Shown: positions 38,108-60,148, counted from the first letter of the whole stretch. The stretch: 63,780 nt of DNA, filler included, from Collodictyon triciliatum (GCA_043381765.1; 7 parts of 7 records of this genome joined end to end with filler, not necessarily neighbours in it), one strand, 5' to 3'. Translations and numbers: made by a program. Notes: a model not told the origin generated them from the sequence alone.

Positions 38108-38232
38108 AGGCTGTTGGGTCTTCCCTGGCAGCCTTAATCACTACACAATCTGTATGAAAAAAAAGTGGTGAGACCTTGGATACTGGCGCACTGGGTTTAC
38201 CAATCGGAAGATTTATGTGTATATCCTTCTAG
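38108..38232 (+). ncRNA. Candidate Fanzor omegaRNA scaffold, copy 3
   Basis: AGGCTGTTGGG/CCTGGCAGCCT 11-bp stem, ATCACT/AGTGGT stem and terminal AATC-GGAA-GATT hairpin. Confidence 0.6.
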
Positions 38233-38912
38233 TAAGAAGAAAAACGATGAAATCTCCAGATATAGATTTCAATTCGAAATCATTCTCGTCCTGGAATTTG
38301 GGTCATACATACCAATGGTGGTGTATCGACTACAAACGCGTGGGACGCGACTGTCAGAAATTCGCATTAATTTCCAGAATCACTTGCGGAAGAAACCCTT
38401 TCCCTGGAGTATAAGAATCCCAGAGCCTATATAAAGTAGAGCGCACGCAGACGGATTGAATAAAATATTTCATCTGAATAGGTCGCATTCAAAGTCTACG
38501 CGCCATTAATCCCCTTAGTCAATCAAGCCTCGTGCAGCGAACGAACGAACGAACGAGCAAGCGAGCGCCCCAACAAACAAAACAAATAACAAAAAGAATA
38601 CAAGCCTTTCGCTTCTCAAGCCGAGCGAGAACCACAGAAAAAGCACAAAAAAAGAAAAAGAAAAAGAAAGGAAGAAAAAATAGAATAGAATAGAAAATAT
38701 TCGTTTGACACACGCGCATTAGTAGAGGAAAGGAAAAATGTGGGAGGGTTGGGACTCTGGATGGATATCATCGCGAGCGAACGTTACCCTCTGCAGACAC
38801 CAGGAGCTGAACTTGACAGGGGGCGCAACAAGAAACCCAGAGAAAACAAACAAGCTTGACAAGCACTAACCTCCTCCCCTCCCCCCTTTTGCTGACCACT
38901 AGAAGCCGAATC

Positions 38913-40298
38913 ATGATTGGCCGCCTGCACCCAAGCGTGGTGCTCATCGCGATAGCCGCGATGCTTGCCGGAAGCGCCCTTGCCGTTCCTCTGCAGCCTG
39001 CAAGCGGCCTCGGCAGCAATGGTGGGATTCTTTCCCTGGAGAGTCCATTCCGCACCTGCGGCGGGGACCCGAGCGGGGCCGGGCTCTGCCTTGTGCTGGA
39101 CACGGCAGCCTTCGCGTCGCTGTCGCAGGTGGAGATTGGACAAGGCGTGGAGCTGCGCCGCTTCCCACTGGGACTGAACCAGCGCGGCACGGCCCGCGTG
39201 CGCCGCTTCTCGGTGGCGGGGCCGGCAGCGTCTGACAAGGGCGCAGAGGGCGCCGTGGTTGTGCTGCTGCAAGGGGCGGTCTACGGCGAGGGCGAGGCGG
39301 TGCCTGCAGATGCGGCCGCGGCCATGGCCTTCGGGACGGAGCGGTCGCTGTTTCTGGCACTCTCGCCGCACGGGTCCAACGGCTACGCGCAGCTGCAGAG
39401 CCACACCTACGTGCTGACCACGCCGTGGGAATCCGTGGACGCGTCCAACCCGACGGTGGACGCATACGTGGCCGCCCTCCGCACCGCAGCCGCAGCCTCG
39501 CTCCCGGGCCTTGTGGCCTCCGCGTCTGCCCGCGTGTCCGTGGTCTACGACGCAACGGCCGCCGGCATCCGGCTCGACGCGATGAATCTCGCTGCCCCGC
39601 GCGCCGCCCCGGCCGGCCTCGGCGTCGGGATGCTCAACACCACAGCGCCGGCCGCAGGCACGCGCCGCGCATACGCCGTGGCTGCCGACGTGGACTACGA
39701 CATGTACCGTACCAAAGGCTACAACTACGACGCCACCGTCTCGTTCTACTACACGCTGCTGGGCTCGGCCGACGCCATCTACGCGCGCGACTTTGGGGCA
39801 AACCTGTACAGCTCGTACCTCAAGGTCTACACCTCGCCGGACCCGTACCCTTGCTGCAGCAGCGGGCAGGCGCTGGACTACATGGTGCGCACGTGGAACC
39901 CGTCCACGCCGTACCGCGCCCTGGCCACGCTGGTCTCGGCAAAGAACCTCGGCGGAGGCATCGCCTATGTGCGCGTGCTCTGCTACACGCCGTACGCCTA
40001 CGCTGTCAACGGCAACATGGTCGGCTACTTCCCGGTCCCGCTGCGCTCGTACGACTACCAGAACTGGGACATCTACGTCTTTGCCCACGAGCTCGGCCAT
40101 GTCTTTGGCGCCTCGCACACGCACGACCTCAACCCCCCCGCCGACCGCTGCGGCTCCACCCCGGGCTGCGGCCCCACCTACGGCACAATCATGTCCTACT
40201 GCCATCTCTGCCAGAACGGCCTCGGAAACATCGACCTGGTCTTCCATCAGTACACAAAGAACGAGGTCATCCCTTACATCAACGGCGTCGCCTGCTAG
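38913..40298 (+). CDS. Secreted metzincin zinc metalloprotease, M12B/reprolysin-like; intronless and very GC-rich
   Basis: Signal peptide MIGRLHPSVVLIAIAAMLAGSALA, LGGGIAYVRVLC, WDIYVFAHELGHVFGASHTH (HExxHxxGxxH) and Met-turn GTIMSYCHLC. Confidence 0.93.
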   Translation: MIGRLHPSVVLIAIAAMLAGSALAVPLQPASGLGSNGGILSLESPFRTCGGDPSGAGLCLVLDTAAFASLSQVEIGQGVELRRFPLGLNQRGTARVRRFSVAGPAASDKGAEGAVVVLLQGAVYGEGEAVPADAAAAMAFGTERSLFLALSPHGSNGYAQLQSHTYVLTTPWESVDASNPTVDAYVAALRTAAAASLPGLVASASARVSVVYDATAAGIRLDAMNLAAPRAAPAGLGVGMLNTTAPAAGTRRAYAVAADVDYDMYRTKGYNYDATVSFYYTLLGSADAIYARDFGANLYSSYLKVYTSPDPYPCCSSGQALDYMVRTWNPSTPYRALATLVSAKNLGGGIAYVRVLCYTPYAYAVNGNMVGYFPVPLRSYDYQNWDIYVFAHELGHVFGASHTHDLNPPADRCGSTPGCGPTYGTIMSYCHLCQNGLGNIDLVFHQYTKNEVIPYINGVAC

Positions 40299-40501
40299 CG
40301 CTCCATTCCGTCGCATTCCATAAAGCGCGCACAGGGTATGAGAGAAAACATCCTGCGGTCATGCCTGTTCCTCTGCTGATGGACTTTTGCTTTCTGATTC
40401 TTGTGATTTTCAAAGTGTAGTGGTTGCTGGCGATAGAGTTTGTTTGTTTGTTTGTTTTTATTATGGCTGATATTGATTATGGTGACTTGTTGAGTCCCTC
40501 T

Positions 40502-49700
<9,199 letters not shown>

Positions 49701-50682
49701 AAGACACAAAAGTGTGTATTGGGCAAATGAGCAACTTTGCGGTACAGGCCTTTTTCTTCTTTTTTTTCTGTTGTTGTTGTTGTTGTTGTTTTTGTTGTTG
49801 TTTTTGTTGTTGTTTTTGTTTTTGTTGTTGTTTTTGTTGTTGTTTTTGTTTTTGTTTTTGTTTTTGTTGTTTTTTTATTTATTTATTATTCATTTCAATT
49901 TTGTGCAGGATGGTGGAGTTGTTTTTGTTGTTTTTGTTGTTTTTGTTTTTGTTTTTGTTTTTGTTTTTGTTTTTGTTTTTGTTTTTGTTTTTGTTTTTGT
50001 TTTTGTTTTTGTTTTTNNNNNNNNNNNNNNNNNNNNNNNNNNNNNNNNNNNNNNNNNNNNTTAATTAATTAANNNNNNNNNNNNNNNNNNNNNNNNNNNN
50101 NNNNNNNNNNNNNNNNAGGCGATATTTGGGCCTCTGCAACAGCTGCGTCCAGATGCAAAAACATTCTGGGCAGTGACGCGAGGCCATTTGCTATGGACTA
50201 TGTGGATAGCACGCACATACTCACGCAAAGCAAGATTCAACATCCCATTACCAATAATAGGCTGGGCGCATCATACAAACCAGCTCGCCGACCCGCGTCC
50301 TTCCGCGGGTTCCGCTTCCGTTCCACCGGAGCCAAATCGGGGCCATTTTGTCGTCTGGAAGTGGAATTGCGTTCTGCGGATCTGCGCGCTGTGTGCTCTG
50401 GGATCATTTGCTTTCTGTGGGGCTGTCTTGTCGATTCTTCTTTTTCCTGCGAGCGAGCAGTTGAGAGAGGGAGGATCTAAAGAGCCGCAGCCAAAGAGGC
50501 TATGCAGCAGCCCATTACCCAGTCGGCGCCACTTTTTTTCCTCCATCAAGGCTTAAACTCTCCTTGGACCCCTGAGCAGCTTCGCACCAACGGCTTCAAA
50601 GAAAAAAGAAAAAGAAAAAAGAAAAAAGAAAAAGAAAATACACGCAGGAGTGACATTTCGGCTCTCAACCCATCAGACAGGT

Positions 50683-53467
50683 ATGAGCCAGCCCGATTCA
50701 AGTCCGCTAGCTGAGCCGGATAATGAATACGGCAGCTTCGCTGTTCCATTGCAGATTCCTTTGTCCAGATCAAAGAAAAACCCCGCGCATCCGCTCACCC
50801 CGCAACATCCACCATTGACGAACCAGTCGTCTTCCCAAGTATCCAGCAGCTCCTATGGCAATTACACCCACCCAATTAACGCCTTCGCCATGGTCCAACC
50901 CAACTCGGGTAATGATGGGCATGTGCATGTGCATCACTCCTTCGAAAGCCTAAGCGGACAAAGCCACCACGCAACTGAAGGTTTTTTTCTATATTATTAG
51001 TATTAAAATGATTCTGAACAGACCAGGTTGATTTTCGGTTCGCATTTTCATTTTTAAATAATAATAATAATTAAAATTAGCGAAAATTGTTGCAATCAAC
51101 ACAGCCATAGGCGATCCAGCTATCATGTTAAAGATATATTCACATGGTTTATATGAACAGGATCAAATAGCTTATCAGGGTACCGCTCGTCACATGAAGC
51201 TGCCTATCGCGCAATAACTGAGGCAAAAAACCGTTGGTTAAGACCTCATGAGATATATGACATCATCCAGAAGTATCAAGAATTCAACTTCAAACTTAGT
51301 CGAGCGCCGCCTTTTCGACCAGCAAGTACCATTATTCCCTTCCACACATACCAAATTATATACTATTTTTTCAGTACGTTCCCAGCGCGCATTATGAAGT
51401 TTTCTTTTTTTTTAAAAAAAAATAGTACTTCTTTTCAATGATTATGATAATTAACCTTAATTTTTGCGCCCAGGTGGAACGGTGTATCTGTTCGATAAGA
51501 ATCAAGTCAAATATTTTCGTCGGGATGGGTATTGCTGGAAAAAGAAGAAGGACGGAAAAGCTATAAGAGAAAATCACGAGAGGTTGAAGGTGAACTGTTG
51601 TTGAGATTTTCTGCGTTTTAAAACCAAATAATGTAGACCCCTTTGGCTTTAGACTAAGACAAACGATTGATAATACAATTTATGACTAGATCGACGGCGA
51701 ACTAAAGCTTAGCTGTGCTTACAATTACGGAGAGGATAAACCCTATTTGCAGCGCCGTATTTACTGGCTGATAGAAAAACAAGAGCCAGCTATCGTGCTC
51801 GTGCACTATTTTGATGTATATATATTCAACGGAGCCCAAGATAAATTAAGGACTCCCAGTTTGGTCGCAGACTTTGAGACCAAGTCCGAAGTCGAATCCC
51901 GCATTGCTGGCTCATCTTCTATAAACTCGACATACTCTATTACCCCAGAAGTTAACTCTAGAAAGCGGGTCAAGTAGCTTTTTCATTGATTTTTTTTTCG
52001 TGTGTATACTTTGGTTTATGGTGATATTTCTGATTCTAATAAAGAGTGACTAGATAAGCATATACTCTCTTATCTGAGACAGTAATATTGCCTTTGATTA
52101 CCATAGATGTGATGTTTTGAGTGACAATCGAGGAACATACATACCTCAGTCTCGCCCTATACACCAACAAAATGAATTAGAGTATCACAATATTCAGGAA
52201 GAGGACTCTGCTCATTGGAGAAGTGACCTCGTATCAGGTTAACTATCATCCTTCTTACACGTATGCACAAATGTATTTCTCATTTTCGATACTATCGTTT
52301 GATTTTCTGTGTTTGCTATCTTATTTTGGCCTTATTGTCTGACTCAAAAAATGATTATATAAACAAGCAGATAGTCTTTTTGACTTTGAGGATAACTTTG
52401 ACAAACAAGGATTATTTGAGGCTACGTTGAAGCATACCGAGACAAATGAACATACGTCTGTCGATTTTACAAAAGAAACAGATTTCCAACTGTATTCTGC
52501 CCCCTTGGAAGCCCAAGGCAAATTTCATGGTTATACCCAAGATTCCATATACTCAGGTTTGTGTACTGTACCCGTTGATTATCATTATTATTATTTTTTT
52601 TTTTGTTGCATGAAAAGATATAAAAAATTATCTGGAAAACATTTTCCCTCATAAATAATTGACTAATTGCCGTGTCTCGAAACCAGAGAGTATGCCTCAT
52701 CTGGGCCACTTCTCACAACAAACGGACCATATGTATTCAACTACAGAACAGCTACATGTACCTAGGCAATCGGCAAATATGCGTTCAATCAGTCCAAAAG
52801 CATTCAACGCAACAAATCAAGATATGCGGAACTTAAATACTGACTCAATAGGTACGTAAATCTTATTCACTTTTCCTTGAGAGAACGATTGATTTACTGA
52901 TTTGTTTGCCTATTCATATATTATTGGACTTTTTTGTATATCTTTCATTTATATTCAAATCATTTATTTATTTACTTATTCATTCACTTTAGAAAGGAAA
53001 ATCTCATTTATTGTTTCTCTCAAAAAAATAACAGCTGAAGAGGTTCACATAACATCCACCATCGTTGACTTTGCTCCATCATGGGTTTATACAGATACAG
53101 AATGTAAAATCTTGCTCGTTGTCACGTTAATTCCAGTCAACACCTCAATTACAGTTCACTTTGGACGCATAAGTGTTCCTGCCCAGGCTATAAGTTCCAC
53201 AGCCATAAGATGTGTCTCTCCTTCATTTCCTTCAGCAGAAAACTTAGAATTGCGCATAATATTCACATATATATACAATCATGGGAAGGGAGCTCAACTG
53301 CCAACAAAAGAGAGACATAACCAAATTGAAACCAACTCTGTAGCTTTTTGTATCAGAAAAAAACTCTCCTCTTTGATACCGCATCATCAGCACACTTACT
53401 CTCCCATGTACCACTTTTCAGAACCGAGACCGATGTCTAGGCCCAATGGTAAACTCTACAATTCTCT

Positions 53468-53562
<95 letters not shown>

Positions 53563-54855
53563 NNNNNNNNNNNNNNNNNNNNNNNNNNNNNNNNNNNNNN
53601 NNNNNNNNNNNNNNNNNNNNNNNNNNNNNNNNNNNNNNNNNNNNNNNNNNNNNNNNNNNNNNGTAAACTCTACAATTCTCTGTTTTTTTTTTTTTTTTTT
53701 GTTGTTGGGAAAGAAAAGCTGGCTTTGATGCCCATATTATTTTATTTTTGTCTGAAAGTAAACTATAAATCATGTATAAATTTTTGCTTGTAGAGAGCGT
53801 TATGAAATCAAATCTCATCTCTCGTCTGAAGATGGTGTACCAGAATCATAATCGCCATACTATGGATACTTTCATCGGGGCTCAATTGAACTCCTGCCAA
53901 CAACTTATTCTAAGATTTGTAAGGTAAAGTGTAATTGATAATATAAATTGGATACACAAATCCCCACTGATTTTTTCTATGGCTCGAAAAAAGAACAAGG
54001 CTTAGTCATTTCTTTTCCTTAGCGAATTACACTCACTTAAAGAGAAACGGGCTGTTATAAGTTGGCAAGATGAAATAGGATTTACACTTTTGCATTATGC
54101 TTGCATTTTCAACCTCCCAAACGCTACTCGTGCTTTTATTCGATATTGCACAAATGTCGATGCAAGAGATACCCAAGGTATGACGGCTGAAAATTGGGCA
54201 AAAGCACTTGGTCAAGACCAGATAGTCCATATCCTGAATGAATTCGATCCAAGTTTAGATAATAGGTGATGAATTCCTCTCGACCGACGCTACAACTCTT
54301 CAATTCTCATGCCATCATACAATTCTCAATAATAATGATAACAATTTCATTCGTTTTCTTTCACCCAAGCCAATCTAGGGAGAACTATGCGTCGCTAGCA
54401 AGTGTGCGAAAGTGGAATCGAAAAACAAGCGCAGATACGCCGCACCAAAATCATTATGTAGATTGGAATATTAGAGACCCACCCTTTCAAAGAAGTCTTG
54501 TTTATGCATACATGTACCAAGGTTTTTTTTTTAATGCACATGAGACCCTTAAACATTTAATATATTCTTAAACATGTTTTAAGCTGCTCAAATTGTAACA
54601 TGAGTTGAATATCCCACAGGGAAAAAATATGTTGTTGCAGCAAAAAGGATACAACGTTGGTTTAGACATCATTCCGCTCTTAAGAAACCAAACGCACATA
54701 TAGACCGCAGCCTCCATCCAGAGTCTTCTGGTCGCACCTACCATCCATTTTCTTCTCACACACAATCCAAAAGAGACTTTGGACATGTTTCAGGATATTC
54801 TCCGAGTCACTATCCTCACCAGAATGCGATGTACCCCGACCCCTTTGGCGAATGA
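50683..54855 (+). CDS. CAMTA: Calmodulin-binding transcription activator (CG-1, TIG, ankyrin, IQ), multi-exon
   Basis: CG-1 domain EAKNRWLRPHEI..LFDKNQVKYFRRDGYCWKKKKDGKAIRENHERLK..QRRIYWL..IVLVHYFDV; TIG IVDFAPSWVYT; ankyrin GFTLLHYAC..DTQGMTA; IQ motif AAKRIQRWFRHH; stop at 54853-54855. Confidence 0.92.
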
Positions 54856-55398
54856 ACTTCGTCTTTCTGAGCATCGTGACTTTTTCTTTTTCTTCTTTTT
54901 TTTAAGATAAAATTAATTACATAATCACAATCAAATATAAACCAACATAGACAACAGCAAACAGTCTGTAGTGTTTCATTCGTTTTTCTCGTCCCTCATA
55001 ATTACCCCTGCATTACAACTAATTCATTGTGACGCATGTGTGCCAAAATAAAACTAAAATAAAAGGCATATCTTAACAACGATTCCCTCTCAAAAAGCCA
55101 CATCTCTTTGTTGATTCTGCTTCGTACCTTCTGTCCCTAAAGCCCCCAGAGACATACTTTTCCAGCCTCATAAGTATAAAAAAAGTACATACGGAATCGA
55201 AGCTATAATAGATTGCAGATCGGTTTATTCTGCAACTACCCCACAACAACTCTTCGCTTTTGCCTGACCTCATGGAAGCCTCTGCAGAAGCATCACAACT
55301 TCCGTCTCCTTTCCAAACATCAAAAACTACAATCGAAAATGTTAATACAGAAACCATCTTCGACCGTGCAAAGCAACGAGAAGAAAGTTAGTGTGCCT

Positions 55399-55526
55399 TT
55401 TTCTTCTGTTTTTCTTCTGTTTTTCTTCTGTTTTTCTTCTGTTTTTCTTCTGTTTTTCTTCTGTTTTTCTTCTGTTTTTCTTCTGTTTTTCTTCTATTTT
55501 CTTCTTTTTTCTTCTGTTTTTCTTCT
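55399..55526. repeat. (TTTTTCTTCTG)n 11-bp tandem repeat
   Basis: Seen directly at the contig end. Confidence 0.9.
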
Positions 55527-56109
55527 NNNNNNNNNNNNNNNNNNNNNNNNNNNNNNNNNNNNNNNNNNNNTTAATTAATTAANNNNNNNNNNNNNNNNNN
55601 NNNNNNNNNNNNNNNNNNNNNNNNNNAATAGCATGTCTGTATAAACTCGAATGGCCAGTTTTGGTTGTTTGTCCTTCATCCCTTCGTTTCAAGTGGAAAG
55701 CTGTACTTATTTAATTTTTATACGATTTTAAAATAAAACTACTTGGAGACTGATGGTGCAGACAGTGGTGTTTGTGAATATGGCATTTATATTAATTCAG
55801 TTCCTTCCTGATCTGCTGCNNNNNNNNNNNNNNNNNNNNNNNNNNNNNNNNNNNNNNNNNNNNNNNNNNNNNNNNNNNNNNNNNNNNNNNNNNNNNNNNN
55901 NNNNNNNNNNNNNNNNNNNNNNNNNNNNNNNNNNNNNNNNNNNNNNNNNNNNNNNNNNNNNNNNNNNNNNNNNNNNNNNNNNNNNNNNNNNNNNNNNNNN
56001 NNNNNNNNNNNNNNNNNNNNNNNNNNNNNNNNNNNNNNNNNNNNNNNNNNNNNNNNNNNNNNGGGGGGGGGGGACTAAAAAATGTATTGAATTTCTACCG
56101 ACTCTGTAG

Positions 56110-58973
56110 TTACTTAGGGCAGACACTTACTTCAATGAAAACAAATTCCATGTGGTGATAGCAGATGAAAGTCACTATATCAAATCACCTACTGCAAAGA
56201 GAACCAATCGAATTATGCCGATTTTATTGGTAATACACCATACATTAATTGTTTGTGATGAAGTTCATGCTACTTTGGTATTTTCGATTTTCTATACCTC
56301 GAATATGAGATGAACCATTCCGCTAATCAAAAGAAAAAATCTTTTTTCAGCAAGCAAAGCGCGCAATTTTACTTACAGGGACCCCAGCACTGTCGCGACC
56401 TATCGAGCTATTTCCTCAGCTTTATGCGTTGAAGCCAACGGTACACGAGATATTATCAATTTTTTTGAATAAATGAAGAATTGTGAGCGCATTTGCTTCA
56501 CTTGAAAAGAAAGTCTATACGATTTCAAAGAAGCCGCTCGATTATCATATGGTATAACAGTATCAAATATCCACCACTGGTCAAATATTTTATGCTTCAT
56601 ATGATTTTTTTTCCATCAGGTATTCCCAAACAGCAAGGAGTTCGCTATTCGATATTGTGCAGCACACGAAGGGCCTTTTGGATGGGATTTTACTGGGGCG
56701 TAAGAAAGCCACACCCTAGTTCTGTGTTTTTCTTTTCTCTGCTATTCATGTTTCTTTTTTTCTTCTTATTCCTCCCTCCGTTTTTATCACCTAAATCCCA
56801 CCCTTTATGTATTTATTATTTCTCAATATTACCGTAAACCTTACAGGAAGACTCGTGTATCCTTACAAATTTCAATGTCATGATTCTTTCTAAATAAAAT
56901 TAATGAAAAATACTTGGCATTTCATCAGATCGAATTTAGAAGAATTAAATTACCTCCTGACTGACAGCATTATGATAAGAAGGAAAAAATCCGAGGTCTT
57001 GCTCGAGCTCTTACCAAAAGATCGAAAAAAGGTTTCTATAGATTTTTTTTTCGTATTGTTTAATTATTTGCAAAAATAAAAGTACAGCTGGATTGACGAA
57101 TCAATATCATGTTTAATGATTTCCTGACATGTATTCTAGAATCCATATTTGAACTTCACTTACTATGGCAATGAAAAAAAAAAGGTACTGATAGATATTC
57201 AGCTATCCTCCGAATACTTGAAACTGATGAAGGATGTGAAGGAAATAGACACTAAAGAAGAACGTATGTAACTCCCGAAGCGTCCAGTTCCTTATCTTTT
57301 AATTTAAATTTAAATAATTTTCTTTCCCATTTTTGACGTAATTGCATTTTTTTTTTACCTCGACAGAGCCGAACTTCACAAAAGGACTCGCTTTCAATAG
57401 ACTGTATTTGATGACAGGCGTCGCCAAAACCCATTATGTGTGCAAATATATTCTGGAGACTTTAAAAGAGCACAAAAAAATTATTGTTTTTGCACATCAC
57501 AAGGAGGTGATGGATTCAATCGAGAAGGAGTTACATGTTTGTTATTTTCAATCTTATCAGATCAATCGCTGAATACCAATTGAAATATTTATTTCACTTC
57601 ATGTTTCTACATATTGGCTAATTATCCTTCCCTACTTTTCCTTTTTTCTAAATACTAATTACACAATATAACAGAGCAATGACATATTTCTGGTCCGGAT
57701 AGATGGGTCCACAAATCCCATAGCGCGACAAGAGATTGTCACTGAATTCAAAGAAATGGAACCCATTCGGGTCAGACCATCATCTATGAGAAACAAAATT
57801 ATTATTGTTATTCTTAAAAAAAAAAAAAACTTCACGCTGAGGCGAATACGTTGATTCTCTTTTATTTTATTGTCGTTCGTTTTTTCTTATTCGGGAATTC
57901 TTTATGGTATGACGTATCAAGGTTGCCCTGCTGAGCATAACCGCTGCAGGAACCGGATTAGATTTTACTCGAGCTAGTATTGTTTTATTTGCCGAGCTGC
58001 ATTGGACACCAGGGGTACAGTGCGGATATATATGTGCAATTATAAAATGCGAATAATCTAAAATAGAAACAAAAAATACCACAAAAATTGAAAAAAAAAG
58101 CCTATTTTATTAAAGTAGTAGAAATTGACATATACTTTATTCATATCTTATGGATGGTTATTTTATTCCCGGTAATTATCAACATCTTAATGAACTAATG
58201 TAAGTACTGAGCAGGTTTTAGCTCAAGCTGAGGACAGGGCACATCGTTTAGGACAGGTACGGGATTAAAAATTTTACTTATGCACCAAAATAATTTTAAA
58301 AAACTATAAAAAAAAAAGAAAGGAAGGAAGGAAGAAACGAAGAAACGAGTTTTATTGAAGAAGTGTTGTGATTATCTTTCTATACTACACCTCTAGCAAT
58401 CTGCAGTTAAGATTCACTATTTACTGGGTAAATTTCATCTGTTTGCTTTAAGCGCAATGGTATACCAACAGAAAACTGTGAGAATAATACCTAATTTTTT
58501 TTTTGGTCTCATTCCAAGAAACAAACAACAAGAAACAAACAACAAGATTAGCATGAAAAATGATGACCTTATTATTTAATTATTAATTTTTTTTGATGAA
58601 AGGGAGAAAATCATTTGATGAGAAAATCTGGTAAACATATTTAATTTTTTTTTATTGTGATCAGAATGTTTTTTTCTTTCAAACAAATACATTCGCTTAT
58701 TATTCGGAAATAAAAGATGGGAAGGAAGGCATCATCATCTTAATCCAAAGTATTATAGGCCTATGATAGAGCACAAACTAGATGTTGTGTCCAAAACCAT
58801 CGATACTGAATTCCAGCAAGAGAATTTTGCAGCTTCTGCAGAGTCTATATCTAAAGTAAAACGAAAACGAAAACGAAAACACACACACACACACACACAC
58901 AAAAAAAATAAAATAAAAACAATAAAAACAAATAAGTAGAAAAATGTAATTAGAAGAAGAAAAAGTGGTATCC

Positions 58974-59034
<61 letters not shown>

Positions 59035-60148
59035 TTTTTTTTTTTTNNNNNNNNNNNNNNNNNNNNNNNNNNNNNNNNNNNNNNNNNNNNNNNNNNNNNN
59101 NNNNNNNNNNNNNNNNNNNNNNNNNNNNNNNNNNNNNNNNNNNNNNTTTGTTTTTTGTTTTTTGTTTTTTGTTTTTTGTTTTTTGTTTTTTGTTTTTTGT
59201 TTTTTGTTTTTTGTTTTTTGCTTTTAAGGATGCATTTGTATCTAGTCCGTTTCAAAAATATACATGTAGTTGATAAAAAAAAAAAAAAAAAAGGGTAACC
59301 TTTTTTTTTTTTTTTTTTTTTTTTACTATTCATTTATTGCCAATCCGGAAATTTACTGATTTGATATAATTTTTTCCCCCTTTATTCAATTCAAGATTTG
59401 ATATGATTTGGTATTGATAATGTGATGAACGACTAAAAGACCTATACAACGAATATAGAGGGACATACCACACAAAGATCAGCACCAATTGTCAGAGTAC
59501 ACGAGTCCCTTTTCTGACAAGGCGTTGTTGGAGAAGCGAATCCAAACCCAACAGAGTGTCATCCAGGCAGGGCAGAAGCGCAAGGAAGCAAGCCAAGAGA
59601 GGAGCCCAGATATTCCCGAGTCGCAAGGAAGGAAGCCTGGTGAAAGAGCAGACGAAGGCACGCAAAAGACTCTCTTCGAATGGATGTCACCAAACGCCGG
59701 TGCAGAAAGCAACAAGAGAGCACGACTAAAGAACAGCCCTGTGAAGAGTGAGGCTTCTGCGCCACAGACAACAGCAACCATGACATCCTTAGACCTGAGC
59801 GAACTGCTGCAGGATTTCCCAGACGACTTTTTCGACTTTGACGAAGACGCGCCACATGACAGGCTGGTGGATTCCATCACCACGTCAAGTAGAATCCCAG
59901 CAAGACAGCCGCACTCACAAGCATCACAGAACGCATGCACAGAAACACCGGAAGTCGCCCCGCGTAATGAATCGTCCAGTGTATGGATGGCCTCACCGCT
60001 CCAGTCCAGTGGCGAGACAAAGTCGGGTTGTCAAGAAGGCCAGAAGCAGCAGCAGCAACAACAGCAGCAACAACAGCAGCAACAACACGGGTGCTTTGAT
60101 GACGAAGACCTTATTCTACTTGACCTTCTTGACGAAGAGTATGAATAG
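56110..60148 (+). CDS. SMARCAL1/HARP (or ZRANB3)-like SNF2 annealing helicase; 5' partial, multi-exon
   Basis: [102 protein letters not shown], and a poly-Q tail. Confidence 0.9.

Larger units (their letters stand above)
35412..38232 (+). mobile_element. Fanzor1-carrying element, copy 3; 5' end truncated by the contig start
   Basis: Colinear with copies 1 and 2. It ends ..GGTTTACCAATCGGAAGATT..TATATCCTT-CTAG|T, with CTAG at 38229-38232. Confidence 0.85.

Noticed and set aside
38768-40420. Long overlapping and antisense ORFs (510, 331, 203 and 176 aa) over the metalloprotease
   Set aside because: These are shadow ORFs expected from very high GC at third positions. Only the frame with the signal peptide and HExxH motif looks like a protein.
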